The notes under the pieces are model-generated. The model saw nothing but the letters and a program-made list of their open reading frames with translations. It was not told the DNA's origin and ran no database searches. A stretch of 64,000 bases of DNA from Candidatus Bostrichicola ureolyticus (GTDB taxonomy: Bacteria > Bacteroidota > Bacteroidia > Flavobacteriales > Blattabacteriaceae): the NCBI GenBank assembly GCA_029851125.1, contig CP100319.1:75762-139761 (forward strand), given 5' to 3'. A program made the position numbers and the translations under genes. Below are positions 10,886 through 20,939 of this stretch, piece by piece (position 1 is the stretch's first letter; every line of letters begins with the position of its first letter).

Positions 10886-11631
10886 TGAAATTATATTTAA
10901 TTCTATTAAATTTTTTTTTTATATTTTATTTAATACAATTACCAACTTCTTCTAACCATCAATTTAATGAATTACCAAATACAATAAATGAATTACCAAC
11001 TCCTTCTCAACCAGTCAATGATTATGTAGGTATATTATCAAAGAAAGAAATTTTACAATTAAATAACAAATTAATTCAAATTAAAAAAAATTTTTCTGTA
11101 GAAATTTTAGTAGTTATTATAAATAATATAAATAACGATAATCCTAATTTTATTGCTACTAATTTGGGACAAAAATGGAAAATTGGACAAAAGGGTAAAG
11201 ATAATGGAATAATTATTTTATTAATTCCAAATGATAAAAAAATATCTATACAAATAGGATATGGATTAGAACCATATTTAACTGATGCTATATGTAAAAG
11301 AATTATTAATAATATAATTCCTTTTATTAAAAAAAATAATTATTATTTAACTTTAAATAAAATAATTAATGCAATTATAAATATTATTAATAATAATAAT
11401 AATAAAAATAAATTAAATAATAATAATTATTATTATTTATTAATAATATTTATTATTTATTTAATTTATTTATTCGGTCCATCAGAAATATTAAATATAT
11501 TATTCTTTACCAATATTTTTAAAAATGATGATGATTTTGAAAATTTTGGTGAAGGAGGAAATTTTGGTGAAGGAGGAAATTTTGGTGAAGGAGGAAATTT
11601 TGGTGGAGGAGGAGCTGGAGGATCTTGGTAA
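10885..11631 (+). CDS. TPM-domain (YgcG-like) membrane protein with a Gly-rich repeat tail
   Basis: A signal-like N-terminus followed by the TPM-like core VNDYVGILSKKE...GQKGKDNGIIILLIPNDKKISIQIGYGLEPYLTDA, a TM segment, and the C-terminal tail FGEGGNFGEGGNFGEGGNFGGGGAGGSW. Confidence 0.7.
   Translation: MKLYLILLNFFFIFYLIQLPTSSNHQFNELPNTINELPTPSQPVNDYVGILSKKEILQLNNKLIQIKKNFSVEILVVIINNINNDNPNFIATNLGQKWKIGQKGKDNGIIILLIPNDKKISIQIGYGLEPYLTDAICKRIINNIIPFIKKNNYYLTLNKIINAIINIINNNNNKNKLNNNNYYYLLIIFIIYLIYLFGPSEILNILFFTNIFKNDDDFENFGEGGNFGEGGNFGEGGNFGGGGAGGSW
11542..11610. repeat. 18-bp in-frame tandem repeat (aattttggtgaaggagga, about 3.8 copies) encoding NFGEGG units
   Basis: Three perfect 18-bp units at 11542-11559, 11560-11577 and 11578-11595, read directly, plus a diverged partial unit. 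It forms a local G-rich island in an otherwise AT-rich gene. Confidence 0.85.
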
Positions 11632-11638
11632 TTAATTG

Positions 11639-11713
11639 TGACCTCGGAGGGACTCGAACCCCCAACCTTCTGATCCGTAGTCAGATACTCTGTCCAAATT
11701 AAGCTACGAGGCC
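11639..11713 (-). tRNA. tRNA-Arg (anticodon ACG)
   Basis: The reverse complement GGCCTCGTAGCTTAATTTGGACAGAGTATCTGACTACGGATCAGAAGGTTGGGGGTTCGAGTCCCTCCGAGGTCA folds by hand into a 75-nt cloverleaf. It has a 7-bp acceptor stem, a TCTGA/TCAGA anticodon stem, a CTACGGA loop and a TTCGAGT T-loop. CCA is not encoded. Confidence 0.9.
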
Positions 11714-11728
11714 TTAAAACAATTTTTG

Positions 11729-11814
11729 TGCCCATGACTGGATTCGAACCAGCATATCTTATTATAGATACCACCCCCTCAAGATGGCGTGTTTACCAAT
11801 TTCACCACATGGGC
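11729..11814 (-). tRNA. tRNA-Leu (anticodon GAG), type II with long variable arm
   Basis: The reverse complement GCCCATGTGGTGAAATTGGTAAACACGCCATCTTGAGGGGGTGGTATCTATAATAAGATATGCTGGTTCGAATCCAGTCATGGGCA has GCCCATG/CATGGGC as acceptor stem, anticodon loop TTGAGGG, a long variable arm and T-loop TTCGAAT. Length is 86 nt. Confidence 0.85.
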
Positions 11815-11831
11815 ATTATTAATAATAAAAA

Positions 11832-12878
11832 ATGGATAATAATCATTTAAAAAATATCTTGAAAGAAGTTATTATGCCAGGAGAAAATATTAATATAATA
11901 GATAAAGGAATAATATCAAATATAGAAATATTAAATAATAAAAATATAATAATTTATCTTTCATTAGAAAATCCTGCATTGCATATAAGAAATAAAATAT
12001 ATGAATATATAACTAATATAATACATAAAAAAATATCTAATGATATTAAAATCAATTTTAATTTTAAAAAATTTAATAAATATAATAACATTAAAAATAT
12101 AATTGCTATTGCTTCTGGTAAAGGTGGAGTAGGTAAATCAACTATAGCTACTAATATAGCAGCTTATTTATCTAAACAAGGATTTAAAACAGGTATATTA
12201 GATGCAGATATTTATGGTCCTTCTATTCCAATTATGTTTAATATAGAAAATGATTATCCTACTATAATAAATAAAAATGGTATTAATAATATTATACCTA
12301 TAATTAATTATGGAGTTAAAATATTTTCTTTTAATTTTTTTATTCAAAATAAACCATCAGTATGGAGAGGACCTATGGTTAGTAAAATTTTGCATCAATT
12401 AATAAAAAATATTTATTGGGAAAATTTAGATTTTTTAATTATTGATTTACCTCCAGGTACTGGAGACATTCACCTTTCAATAATGCAAGAATTTTTAATA
12501 ACTGGAGTTATTATTGTTAGTACACCTCAAAAAATATCCATATCTGATGTAAAAAAAACAATTGCAATGTTTAATATTGATAATATTAAAGTGCCTATAA
12601 TAGGTTTAATTGAAAATATGGCATTTTTTATTGATAATGAATTTCCAAATAAAAAATATTTTTTATTTGGAAAAAATGGTATAAAAAAATTATCTAATAA
12701 TATTAATATTCCTTTCTTAGGAGAAATTCCAATATTAGAAATTATATGTGAATCCTCTGATAATGGTTATCCAATAATATTAAACAATAATATTAATTAT
12801 AATTATAAAAATTATTTCATATTCATAATGAATAATATATTTGAACAAATAAATAAATTAATATTGAATGGAAATTAA
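11832..12878 (+). CDS. apbC: Mrp/NBP35/ApbC-family Fe-S cluster carrier ATPase
   Basis: Has the deviant Walker A IAIASGKGGVGKSTIATNIA, DADIYGPSIP, and an N-terminal DUF59-like segment, 348 aa. Confidence 0.9.
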   Translation: MDNNHLKNILKEVIMPGENINIIDKGIISNIEILNNKNIIIYLSLENPALHIRNKIYEYITNIIHKKISNDIKINFNFKKFNKYNNIKNIIAIASGKGGVGKSTIATNIAAYLSKQGFKTGILDADIYGPSIPIMFNIENDYPTIINKNGINNIIPIINYGVKIFSFNFFIQNKPSVWRGPMVSKILHQLIKNIYWENLDFLIIDLPPGTGDIHLSIMQEFLITGVIIVSTPQKISISDVKKTIAMFNIDNIKVPIIGLIENMAFFIDNEFPNKKYFLFGKNGIKKLSNNINIPFLGEIPILEIICESSDNGYPIILNNNINYNYKNYFIFIMNNIFEQINKLILNGN

Positions 12879-14640
12879 AAAAAATACTATTAGTATAATA
12901 ATATCTGGAAATTCTGGTGATGGTATTCAACTAATGGGAGATGTATTTGCAAATACTGCTGTATCTATGGGAAATTATATTAGCACATTTTCAGATTTTC
13001 CATCTGAAATACGTATTCCACATGATACTATTGAAGGAGTATCTGGATTTCATATTACTATAGGTAATTTTTTAGATTATGGAGAGTTATGTGATATATT
13101 AATTGCAATGAATGCTGCATCATTAAAAAAATATTTATCTAAAGTCAAAAAAGGAGGCATTATAATTATAGATAATTATGGATTTAGATCTGATAATAAT
13201 CTTTTAGATCATATTATTTATGATTATACACTTTATAAAGTCAATTCATATATATATATATATAAACTTATCAAAAAATATAATTTAAAAATCAAACCAA
13301 TGTATAAAAATATGTATATATTGGGTTTTTTAAATTGGATTTGTAATTATACTTTATATAATACTAAAAAGTATTTAAAAAAAAAATTTGAAAATGAAAA
13401 ATTATTAAATATTAATATTGAATTATTAATTCATGGTTTTGTTTTAGAAAAACAAAATCATTCTATTGTTAATAGATTTTTGATAAAATCAACAAATAAA
13501 TTAAAAAATAAATTAAAAATAAATGGAAATCAAGCTTTAGCACTAGGATTAATTATGGGATGCAAAAAAGCTAATATAGACATATTTTATGCTGGATATC
13601 CCATTACACCTGCTTCTAATATTTTTTATTATTTATCTAAATATAATATTAAAATATTTCAAGCAGAAGATGAAATTGCTGCTATTACATCAGCTATAGG
13701 TGCTTCATATGCTGGATTATTAGGCATCACTGGCACTTCTGGACCAGGTATGTCACTTAAACAAGAAGCATTAGGATTGGCTTCAATAATTGAAATACCA
13801 TTAGTAATAATAAATATTCAACGTGTAGGACCTTCAACAGGTATACCTACAAAAAATGAACAAAGTGATCTTTTACAAGCATTATATGGACGTCATGGAG
13901 AATCACCTATTCCAATATTAGCATCTAAATATCCTAATAATTGTTTTAAAATAGCATTTGAAGCAGTTAAAATTGCTATAGAATATATGACTCCAGTTAT
14001 CATTCTTAGTGATAGTTATATCGCTAATAGTTATCAATTATGGAATCCAATAAAAGAAAAAAAATTAAAATCAATACATAAATTACAAAATAATAATCTT
14101 ACACAAAAGAATTTTTCTCCCTATAAAAGAGATAAAAGAGGAGTTAGACCTTGGATTATTCCAGGAATGACTGGATATGAACATTGTATAGGAAGTTTAG
14201 AAAAAGAAGATTTTACAGGAAATTTATCTTATAAAGGTATTAATCATCAAAAAATGGTTAATTTAAGACATTCAAAAATAAATAATATAATTAATTGTAT
14301 TCCTATACAAAAGATAGAAATAGGAAAAAATACAGGTGAACTTTTAATATTAAGTTGGGGATCTACATATAATATTATATATTTAGCAATGATGAAATTA
14401 TTACAATATTCTGTTTCATACACTCATTTAGAATATATATATCCATTACCAAATGGTCTAAAAAATATACTTTTAGGTTTTAAATTTATATTAATTCCTG
14501 AATTAAATAATGGACAACTTATTAAGTTAATAAGATATCAATTTTTAATTGATGCTATTCCTTTTAATAAAATTCAAGGTATACCATTTACTGTATCAGA
14601 AATAGTAGAAAAAGTTAAATCAATATTATTTCAATCCTAA
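12868..14640 (+). CDS. korA: 2-oxoglutarate/2-oxoacid:ferredoxin oxidoreductase subunit alpha (fused gamma+alpha domains)
   Basis: A 590-aa ORF with an N-terminal gamma-like domain (ISGNSGDGIQLMGDVF) and an alpha domain (GYPITPASNI, GTSGPGMSLKQEALG). No beta-subunit gene follows it. Confidence 0.8.
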   Translation: MEIKKNTISIIISGNSGDGIQLMGDVFANTAVSMGNYISTFSDFPSEIRIPHDTIEGVSGFHITIGNFLDYGELCDILIAMNAASLKKYLSKVKKGGIIIIDNYGFRSDNNLLDHIIYDYTLYKVNSYIYIYKLIKKYNLKIKPMYKNMYILGFLNWICNYTLYNTKKYLKKKFENEKLLNINIELLIHGFVLEKQNHSIVNRFLIKSTNKLKNKLKINGNQALALGLIMGCKKANIDIFYAGYPITPASNIFYYLSKYNIKIFQAEDEIAAITSAIGASYAGLLGITGTSGPGMSLKQEALGLASIIEIPLVIINIQRVGPSTGIPTKNEQSDLLQALYGRHGESPIPILASKYPNNCFKIAFEAVKIAIEYMTPVIILSDSYIANSYQLWNPIKEKKLKSIHKLQNNNLTQKNFSPYKRDKRGVRPWIIPGMTGYEHCIGSLEKEDFTGNLSYKGINHQKMVNLRHSKINNIINCIPIQKIEIGKNTGELLILSWGSTYNIIYLAMMKLLQYSVSYTHLEYIYPLPNGLKNILLGFKFILIPELNNGQLIKLIRYQFLIDAIPFNKIQGIPFTVSEIVEKVKSILFQS

Positions 14641-15615
14641 AATATTTCTAATATTAGAAATATTTTTAATTGCAATTTCTCTTGCTTTTTCAGCACCATT
14701 ATTTAATATTTTGTCTAAAAATAATTTCTCTTTTATGAGAGTATTAAATAATTTTCTTTCATTAGAAAAACGATTTAATATACATTGATATAAATCATTT
14801 TTAGCTTCAAAATATCCATAATTACCATTTAAATATTTATTTTTAATTTCATTAATTGATTTTTTAGAGGCTAATAATTTATATATTGAAAATATAATAT
14901 TTGTATTAGGATCTTTAGATGATTGAAAAGATTTATTATCAGTACGTATATTTTGAATTTGTTTTTTCAAAATTTCATTTGAAATAAAAACATTAATAAT
15001 ATTATTTTTAGATTTACTCATTTTTTTACCATCAGTACCTGTAACATACATTGTATTTTCATTGGTTAATGCTGTTGGTAATATAAATGTTTTTCCCATT
15101 ATTCTATTGAAATTTTTAGCTACTTTTCTAGTAATTTCTATATGTTGTAATTGATCTTTTCCTACTGGAATTATTTTAGCATTATAAAGCAATATATCTG
15201 CTGCCATTAACATAGGATATGTCAATACCCCAACATTAATACTTTGCATATTATTATTAATTTTATCTTTGAATGAATGAACTAATGTTAATCTTTTATA
15301 TTTAAAAAAACAACTTAAATACCAAGCTAATTCTGTAACTTCAGGTATATCAGACTGTTTATATATTATTGCTTTATTAGTATTTAATCCACAAGCTAAC
15401 CATGTGGCTAATATATTATATATATATTTTTTAATAAAAGATATATTTTTAATATTAGTTAATGAATGTAAATTGGCTATAGATATAAATACAGGATTTA
15501 AAGATTTATTATTAGCTAAATCTATAGTTGGTAAAATAACACTTAATAAATTACCTAAATGAGGTAAACCAGTACTTTGAATACCAGTTAATATTCTATC
15601 TTTAATATAATCCAT
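14626..15615 (-). CDS. trpS: tryptophan--tRNA ligase
   Basis: A class I synthetase with TGIQSTGLPHLGN (HIGH-like) and KMSKS present, 329 aa. Confidence 0.95.
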   Translation of the reverse strand: MDYIKDRILTGIQSTGLPHLGNLLSVILPTIDLANNKSLNPVFISIANLHSLTNIKNISFIKKYIYNILATWLACGLNTNKAIIYKQSDIPEVTELAWYLSCFFKYKRLTLVHSFKDKINNNMQSINVGVLTYPMLMAADILLYNAKIIPVGKDQLQHIEITRKVAKNFNRIMGKTFILPTALTNENTMYVTGTDGKKMSKSKNNIINVFISNEILKKQIQNIRTDNKSFQSSKDPNTNIIFSIYKLLASKKSINEIKNKYLNGNYGYFEAKNDLYQCILNRFSNERKLFNTLIKEKLFLDKILNNGAEKAREIAIKNISNIRNILGLK

Positions 15616-16408
15616 TTACAATTTCTAATATTTCCTTAGTTATATTTGCTTGTCTAGCTTTATTATAAGCTAATTCTAATTTAGATTTTAAATCTTTAGC
15701 ATTTTCTATAGCTTTATGCATAGCTATCATACGTGATACATTTTCAGAAGCTGAAGATTCTAATAATGCTTTTAAAAAAATCATTTTTAATTTTAATGGA
15801 ATTATATATTCTATAATTTCCTTTTTAGATGGTTCAAAAATAGAATATGAATTTTTTGTTTCCATAGGTGGTGGTAAAATAGGTAAAAATTGTTTTTTTA
15901 TTATTTTTGGCTTGTTTTTTATAATTTTATTATAAATTAACTGTATAAAATTAAAATTACCATGCATAAATTCTTTTAGAAGATTATCAACAATCATAGA
16001 TACATTTTTAAAATTTATATTTGATAATAAATCACTTAAATCTTTATAAATAGTATACTTATTATGCAATAATACATCTTTACATTTTGTTCCTATTGTT
16101 AATAAAACAATATTTTTATTAATACTTTTCAAAGTTTCTTTAATTATTAAAGAATTAAATGATCCACACAACCCACGATTAGAACTAATAATTATTAATA
16201 ATTTTTTTTTACTTTTATTATTTACAATATCATTATATTCATTTGCAAATGAATTATAAATAGAATCTATTTTTTTTGCATAATGTTGCATATTGTAAAT
16301 ATCAGTTTGTATTTTTTTTAATTTACTAGCTGCTACCAATTTCATCGCATTTGTCATTTTGATTATTGATAAAACTGAATGTATTCTTCTTTTTATATCT
16401 TTTAACAT
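15602..16408 (-). CDS. atpG: F0F1 ATP synthase subunit gamma
   Basis: Sits downstream of atpA. The N-terminus [28 protein letters not shown] and the C-terminus [17 protein letters not shown] are gamma hallmarks. Confidence 0.9.
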   Translation of the reverse strand: MLKDIKRRIHSVLSIIKMTNAMKLVAASKLKKIQTDIYNMQHYAKKIDSIYNSFANEYNDIVNNKSKKKLLIIISSNRGLCGSFNSLIIKETLKSINKNIVLLTIGTKCKDVLLHNKYTIYKDLSDLLSNINFKNVSMIVDNLLKEFMHGNFNFIQLIYNKIIKNKPKIIKKQFLPILPPPMETKNSYSIFEPSKKEIIEYIIPLKLKMIFLKALLESSASENVSRMIAMHKAIENAKDLKSKLELAYNKARQANITKEILEIVNGLY

Positions 16409-17988
16409 TTTTTATATTTTTCAATTAATTCTAATGCTACCATTTCTAAAACATCAGTTACTTTTTTAGTAAAAACATCTTTTTCTAAAGATTCTAAAAC
16501 ATTTGAATATTTTTCTTTTAATATCAAAAGATATTCTTCTTCAAAAGATTTTATATTTTTAATAGGTACTTTGTGTAAAAAATTATTTGTTACTATATAT
16601 AATAGAGCAATTTGATAAGATATTTTATATGGATAAAAAGCTGGTTGTTTAAGTATTTCTACATTACGTTTACCATTATTAATTATCTCCATTGTACTAG
16701 TATCCATATCAGAACCTAATTTAGAAAAAATTTCTAATTCCCTATATTGGGATTGATATAATTTTAATTTATAAGAAACATTTTTCATAGACTTACTTTG
16801 AGCAGAAGAACCTACACGTGAAACTGATAAACCTTCATTTATAGCAGGACGAATTCCTGAATTAAATAAATCTGTTTCTAAAAATATTTGACCATCAGTA
16901 ATTGAAATTATATTTGTAGGTATGTAAGAAGATACATCACCCGATTGAGTTTCAATAATTGGCAAAGATGTTAATGATCCACCACCTTGAACATTTTTTT
17001 TTAAAGATTTAGGCAAATTATTCATTTTAGAAGCAATTAAATCATTATTTATAATTTTAGCAGATCGTTCAAGTAAACGAGAATGCAAATAAAATATATC
17101 TCCAGGATATGCTTCTCTACCAGGAGGACGACGTAAAAGTAAAGAAATTTCTCTATAAGCTATAGCATGTTTAGAAAGATCATCATATACTATTAAAGCT
17201 TTACGACCTGTATCACGAAAATATTCACCTATAGCTGTACCAGTAAATGGAGCGAAAACTTGCATAATAGTAGTATCAGAAGAATTAGCTGAAACAATAA
17301 TAGTATAAGGCAACGCACCATAAATATCTAAAATATTTAATATTTTAGCAATAGTAGAACCTTTTTGATTAATTGCAACATAAATACAATATATAGTATT
17401 ACCCTTCCCCATATCATAATAAACTTTTTGATTAAGAATAGTATCTATAGCTATAGTAGTTTTTCCCGTTTTACGATCACCAATAATTAATTCACGTTGT
17501 CCACAACCAATAGGAATCATTGAATCTATAGCTTTAATACCAGTATGCAAAGGTTCATTTACAGGCTGTCTAAAAATAACACCTGGTGCTTTACGTTCTA
17601 AAGGCATTTCAAAAAATGGTCCTTTTATAGGACCTTTTCCATCAATAGGAATTCCTAAAGTATTAATTACACGACCTAACATTCCTTCTCCTACTTCTAT
17701 AGAACACATTTTACCAATACGTTTAACAATATCTCCTTCTTTAATAGATTCTGATAATCCAAATAAAACTACATTTATATGATCTTCTTCAATATTAAAA
17801 ACAATTCCTTTTAATCCTGTATTACTAAATTCTATTAATTCACCATAAAATACATTATTTAAACCATAAATACGAGATATACCATCTCCAACTTGTATAA
17901 CAATTCCATATTCAAATGGTTCATTTTCCATTTTAAACTTCAAAAGTTTTTGCTTTATTATATCTGTTATTTCAGTATATTTTTTCAT
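16402..17988 (-). CDS. atpA: F0F1 ATP synthase subunit alpha
   Basis: Has the Walker [16 protein letters not shown] and the strongly conserved alpha-subunit core ([18 protein letters not shown]), 528 aa. Confidence 0.97.
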   Translation of the reverse strand: MKKYTEITDIIKQKLLKFKMENEPFEYGIVIQVGDGISRIYGLNNVFYGELIEFSNTGLKGIVFNIEEDHINVVLFGLSESIKEGDIVKRIGKMCSIEVGEGMLGRVINTLGIPIDGKGPIKGPFFEMPLERKAPGVIFRQPVNEPLHTGIKAIDSMIPIGCGQRELIIGDRKTGKTTIAIDTILNQKVYYDMGKGNTIYCIYVAINQKGSTIAKILNILDIYGALPYTIIVSANSSDTTIMQVFAPFTGTAIGEYFRDTGRKALIVYDDLSKHAIAYREISLLLRRPPGREAYPGDIFYLHSRLLERSAKIINNDLIASKMNNLPKSLKKNVQGGGSLTSLPIIETQSGDVSSYIPTNIISITDGQIFLETDLFNSGIRPAINEGLSVSRVGSSAQSKSMKNVSYKLKLYQSQYRELEIFSKLGSDMDTSTMEIINNGKRNVEILKQPAFYPYKISYQIALLYIVTNNFLHKVPIKNIKSFEEEYLLILKEKYSNVLESLEKDVFTKKVTDVLEMVALELIEKYKKC

Positions 17989-18517
17989 AATTAATTAAAT
18001 AATTATTTAAATTATGCAATTGCCATTTAATACTTAAATTCAATTGAATATATTCATATTCTAATATTATTCCTCCAATAATTGAATTATCAATTAAATA
18101 TTGAACATTTATTTGTTTAACAGAAACAATATTTGATATTTTATTAACAAGTTTGTTTTTTAAAACACTATTTAATGGAATAGCAGTTATAACTGTTACA
18201 TCTATAATTCCTTTTGCTTTATGATATATTTTTTTATATTCTATAAATATTAATTCTAATAAATTTTCTCTTTTATTTTTAATTATAAATTCTATAATAT
18301 ATTTATATATATCAGAAAAAATAAAATTATTTCTAATAAATTCTATTTTTTTTTCTATTGTTAATGGATAATTAAAAAAAAATTGTATATAATCATTGGT
18401 CATTAATTCATAAAACTTATTAATATCAGAATATAATTCATTATCTTTATTAATTATTTTAGCATATTCAAATAATCCTTTAGCATAACTTTTAGCTATT
18501 TTTTTTTTAATTAACAT
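17972..18517 (-). CDS. atpH: F0F1 ATP synthase subunit delta
   Basis: A 181-aa ORF between atpF and atpA. The start [12 protein letters not shown] is typical of delta/OSCP. Confidence 0.8.
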   Translation of the reverse strand: MLIKKKIAKSYAKGLFEYAKIINKDNELYSDINKFYELMTNDYIQFFFNYPLTIEKKIEFIRNNFIFSDIYKYIIEFIIKNKRENLLELIFIEYKKIYHKAKGIIDVTVITAIPLNSVLKNKLVNKISNIVSVKQINVQYLIDNSIIGGIILEYEYIQLNLSIKWQLHNLNNYLINYEKIY

Positions 18518-18518
18518 A

Positions 18519-19007
18519 TTATTTTAAATCATCAATAATTTTGTTTAAAAAATATTCTTGTGAATTTTTCATACTTAATTCTTTTTTTAATAACTTTTCA
18601 GAAGCAATAATGGATAATTGAATTATTTCTTTTTTTAAAATTTCTAATGCATTTTTTTTCTCATTTTTAATTTTAACAATAGTTTTATTTATAATTTGTT
18701 CACTTTTAAGTTTAGCATTTTCTTTAGCTTCAAATTCTAATTTTTTTTTTATATATAAAGCTTCCTTTAAAATATTTTCTTTTTTTATAATTGCTTCTTT
18801 AAGTAATTTATTATTATTTTCTTTTATGGCATTAATTTCTTGTTTAGCTTTTCTGTAAAATTCTAATGATTTATTAATATTATATTCACGTTCTTCAACA
18901 TATTTAAGAATATGTTTCCAAACAAATTTTTTAAGAATTAAAAAAAGTAAAATAAATATAATAGTTTGCCAAAAAAATAATCCTATTGAAGGAGTTACTA
19001 AATCCAT
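18519..19007 (-). CDS. atpF: F0F1 ATP synthase subunit b
   Basis: A single N-terminal TM segment followed by a long charged helix (K/E-rich), positioned between atpE and atpH. Confidence 0.85.
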   Translation of the reverse strand: MDLVTPSIGLFFWQTIIFILLFLILKKFVWKHILKYVEEREYNINKSLEFYRKAKQEINAIKENNNKLLKEAIIKKENILKEALYIKKKLEFEAKENAKLKSEQIINKTIVKIKNEKKNALEILKKEIIQLSIIASEKLLKKELSMKNSQEYFLNKIIDDLK

Positions 19008-19014
19008 AATTTAT

Positions 19015-19239
19015 TTACTTTAATACTGCTAATAGTGCTGTCACTATACCAAAAAGAGCAGCTCCTTCTATAAGAGCAGAAACAATAATCATAGCATTTT
19101 GAATTTTGTCAGCAGATTCAGGCTGTCTAGATATAGCCTCCAAAGCTGAAATACCAATTTTACTAATACCTAAACTAGCAGCAAGTACTGATAATCCGGC
19201 TCCCATGACAACTAATCCTATGTATAATAAATTATTCAT
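19015..19239 (-). CDS. atpE: F0F1 ATP synthase subunit c
   Basis: A 74-aa two-helix proteolipid with the loop ISRQPE and a carboxylate in helix 2 (ALIEGAALFG). Confidence 0.95.
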   Translation of the reverse strand: MNNLLYIGLVVMGAGLSVLAASLGISKIGISALEAISRQPESADKIQNAMIIVSALIEGAALFGIVTALLAVLK

Positions 19240-19250
19240 ATATTTTTTAT

Positions 19251-19502
19251 TTAATGATTTTTTTTAAATATCATACCTATAAATAAAGCTGATAAATTAG
19301 TAAATATAAATGATTAATGATTTTTTTTAAATATCATACCTATAAATAAAGCTGATAAATTAGTAAATATAAATGATTAATGATTTTTTTTAAATATCAT
19401 ACCTATAAATAAAGCTGATAAATTAGTAAATATAAATGATTAATGATTTTTTTTAAATATCATACCTATAAATAAAGCTGATAAATTAGTAAATATAAAT
19501 GA
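19251..19502. repeat. 63-bp perfect tandem repeat x4, each unit being the last 20 codons plus TAA of atpB
   Basis: Units start (+ strand ttaatga...) at 19251, 19314, 19377 and 19440, and all four look identical by direct reading. The copy at 19440-19502 is the real 3' end of atpB. The other three fill the atpB-atpE spacer. Confidence 0.95.
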
Positions 19503-20459
19503 TTGTAAAAAAGCTACTAATACCTCTAAAATAGAAATAAATAAAGCAAAAGGTATTGAAAATATAGCTATCCAAATTTTTTTAAAAATAAAAATTAAAG
19601 AAATCAAACTAAATATTAAAATATGTCCAGCAATAATATTAGCAAATAAACGAATACTAAGAGTTAAAGGACGAATAAAAATTTCTATTAATTCTATAGG
19701 TATTAATATAATTTTAATTAAAAATGGAATGTTAGGCATTAAAAAAATATTTTTCCAATAATATTTATTAGAATTAATCATAATAATAAAAAATGTAAAA
19801 AAACTTAAACCTAAAGTTATACTAATATTTCCAGTTATATTAGGTATTGCTGGTAATATTCCCATTAAATTATTTATTAATATGAAAAAAAATAATGTTA
19901 ATAAAAATGGCATAAAATCTTTATATTTTTTTTTTCCTATATTAGGAATAGCTATAGTATTTCTTATAAATATAATTATAGGTTCTAAATATTTTCCAAC
20001 TGTCCAATACATAATATAATTATTATAAGAATTAGCCATCCTAAAAAAAATATATAATATAATTATTGAAATAATAATAATTGTTATTACATTTTTTGTA
20101 ATAGATAAATCTATAGGCCTTTTATTTTTAGGATTTCCATAATGATCAAAATATAATAGTCCATTATTAGATTTATATATTTTATTATTATATAATATAT
20201 AATAAATTCCTGATTTATTTACTAATTTTTTATTATCAAATTTATTAGATAAAAATATTTTAAATCCATTATCCCATAATATAATCGGCAATGGAATAGT
20301 TAATTTACAAATATGTAATTCATGAGAATCACTAATATGTTTAACAATTTCTTTTGAAGTATCAAATTTATCTTTTTTAAATTTATCTGTTTTATTTGTT
20401 AAAATATTATGCGTTAAACAAATTAAAATTAAAAATAATTTTATTTTTTTTAAAAACAT
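19440..20459 (-). CDS. atpB: F0F1 ATP synthase subunit a
   Basis: A 339-aa polytopic protein at the head of atpBEFHAG, with the conserved LSIRLFANIIAGH motif (essential Arg). Confidence 0.9.
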   Translation of the reverse strand: MFLKKIKLFLILICLTHNILTNKTDKFKKDKFDTSKEIVKHISDSHELHICKLTIPLPIILWDNGFKIFLSNKFDNKKLVNKSGIYYILYNNKIYKSNNGLLYFDHYGNPKNKRPIDLSITKNVITIIIISIIILYIFFRMANSYNNYIMYWTVGKYLEPIIIFIRNTIAIPNIGKKKYKDFMPFLLTLFFFILINNLMGILPAIPNITGNISITLGLSFFTFFIIMINSNKYYWKNIFLMPNIPFLIKIILIPIELIEIFIRPLTLSIRLFANIIAGHILIFSLISLIFIFKKIWIAIFSIPFALFISILEVLVAFLQSFIFTNLSALFIGMIFKKNH

Positions 20460-20930
20460 TTATTTGTTTTTTAAACAATAATTATAAACTTTTATTGCCT
20501 CATATGCATCTCCCCAACCTTTAATTTCAATTTTTTTACCTTCAAGAGTTTTATAATTTTTAAAAAAAAATTCAATTTCTATTTTAGTATGATAATTAAC
20601 ATCATTAATATCATTTAATTTATTAAAATTAGGATCATTTATAGGAACACATAATATTTTATCATCTTTTTTTTCATTATCTATCATATAAAATATTCCT
20701 ATAGGCTTTGTTGTTATTAAACAACCTGGTATTGTAGGATTTGTTAAAAGCACTAAAGCATCTAAAGGATCATTATCATTAGCAATAGTATTTATAATAT
20801 ATCCATAATCTACAGGATAAATCATTGTAGAATGTAATACTCTATCTAAACGTATCATACCTTTTTCTGGACAAAATTCATATTTATTACGGCTTCCTTT
20901 AGGAATTTCAATTAATACATCAAAAATCAT
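20460..20930 (-). CDS. ppa: inorganic diphosphatase (family I)
   Basis: Carries IEIPKGSRNKYEF, YPVDYGYI and DPLDALVL motifs in a compact 156-aa ORF. Confidence 0.9.
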   Translation of the reverse strand: MIFDVLIEIPKGSRNKYEFCPEKGMIRLDRVLHSTMIYPVDYGYIINTIANDNDPLDALVLLTNPTIPGCLITTKPIGIFYMIDNEKKDDKILCVPINDPNFNKLNDINDVNYHTKIEIEFFFKNYKTLEGKKIEIKGWGDAYEAIKVYNYCLKNK

Positions 20931-20939
20931 ATTAAAATT

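Noticed and set aside
11466-11774. A 102-aa minus-strand ORF with a PPSPKF repeat.
   Set aside because: It is antisense to the Gly-rich repeat tail of the TPM gene and runs straight through the tRNA-Arg and tRNA-Leu genes. It is an artefact of the G-rich repeat.
13248-13264. An (AT)8.5 microsatellite.
   Set aside because: It lies in frame within korA (encoding YIYIY) in a poorly conserved linker. It is short and unremarkable for this base composition.
19251-19502. A regularly spaced direct repeat that at first glance could be a small CRISPR array.
   Set aside because: The units are contiguous (63-bp period, 63-bp unit) with no spacers. They are copies of the atpB 3' end, and no cas genes are present.
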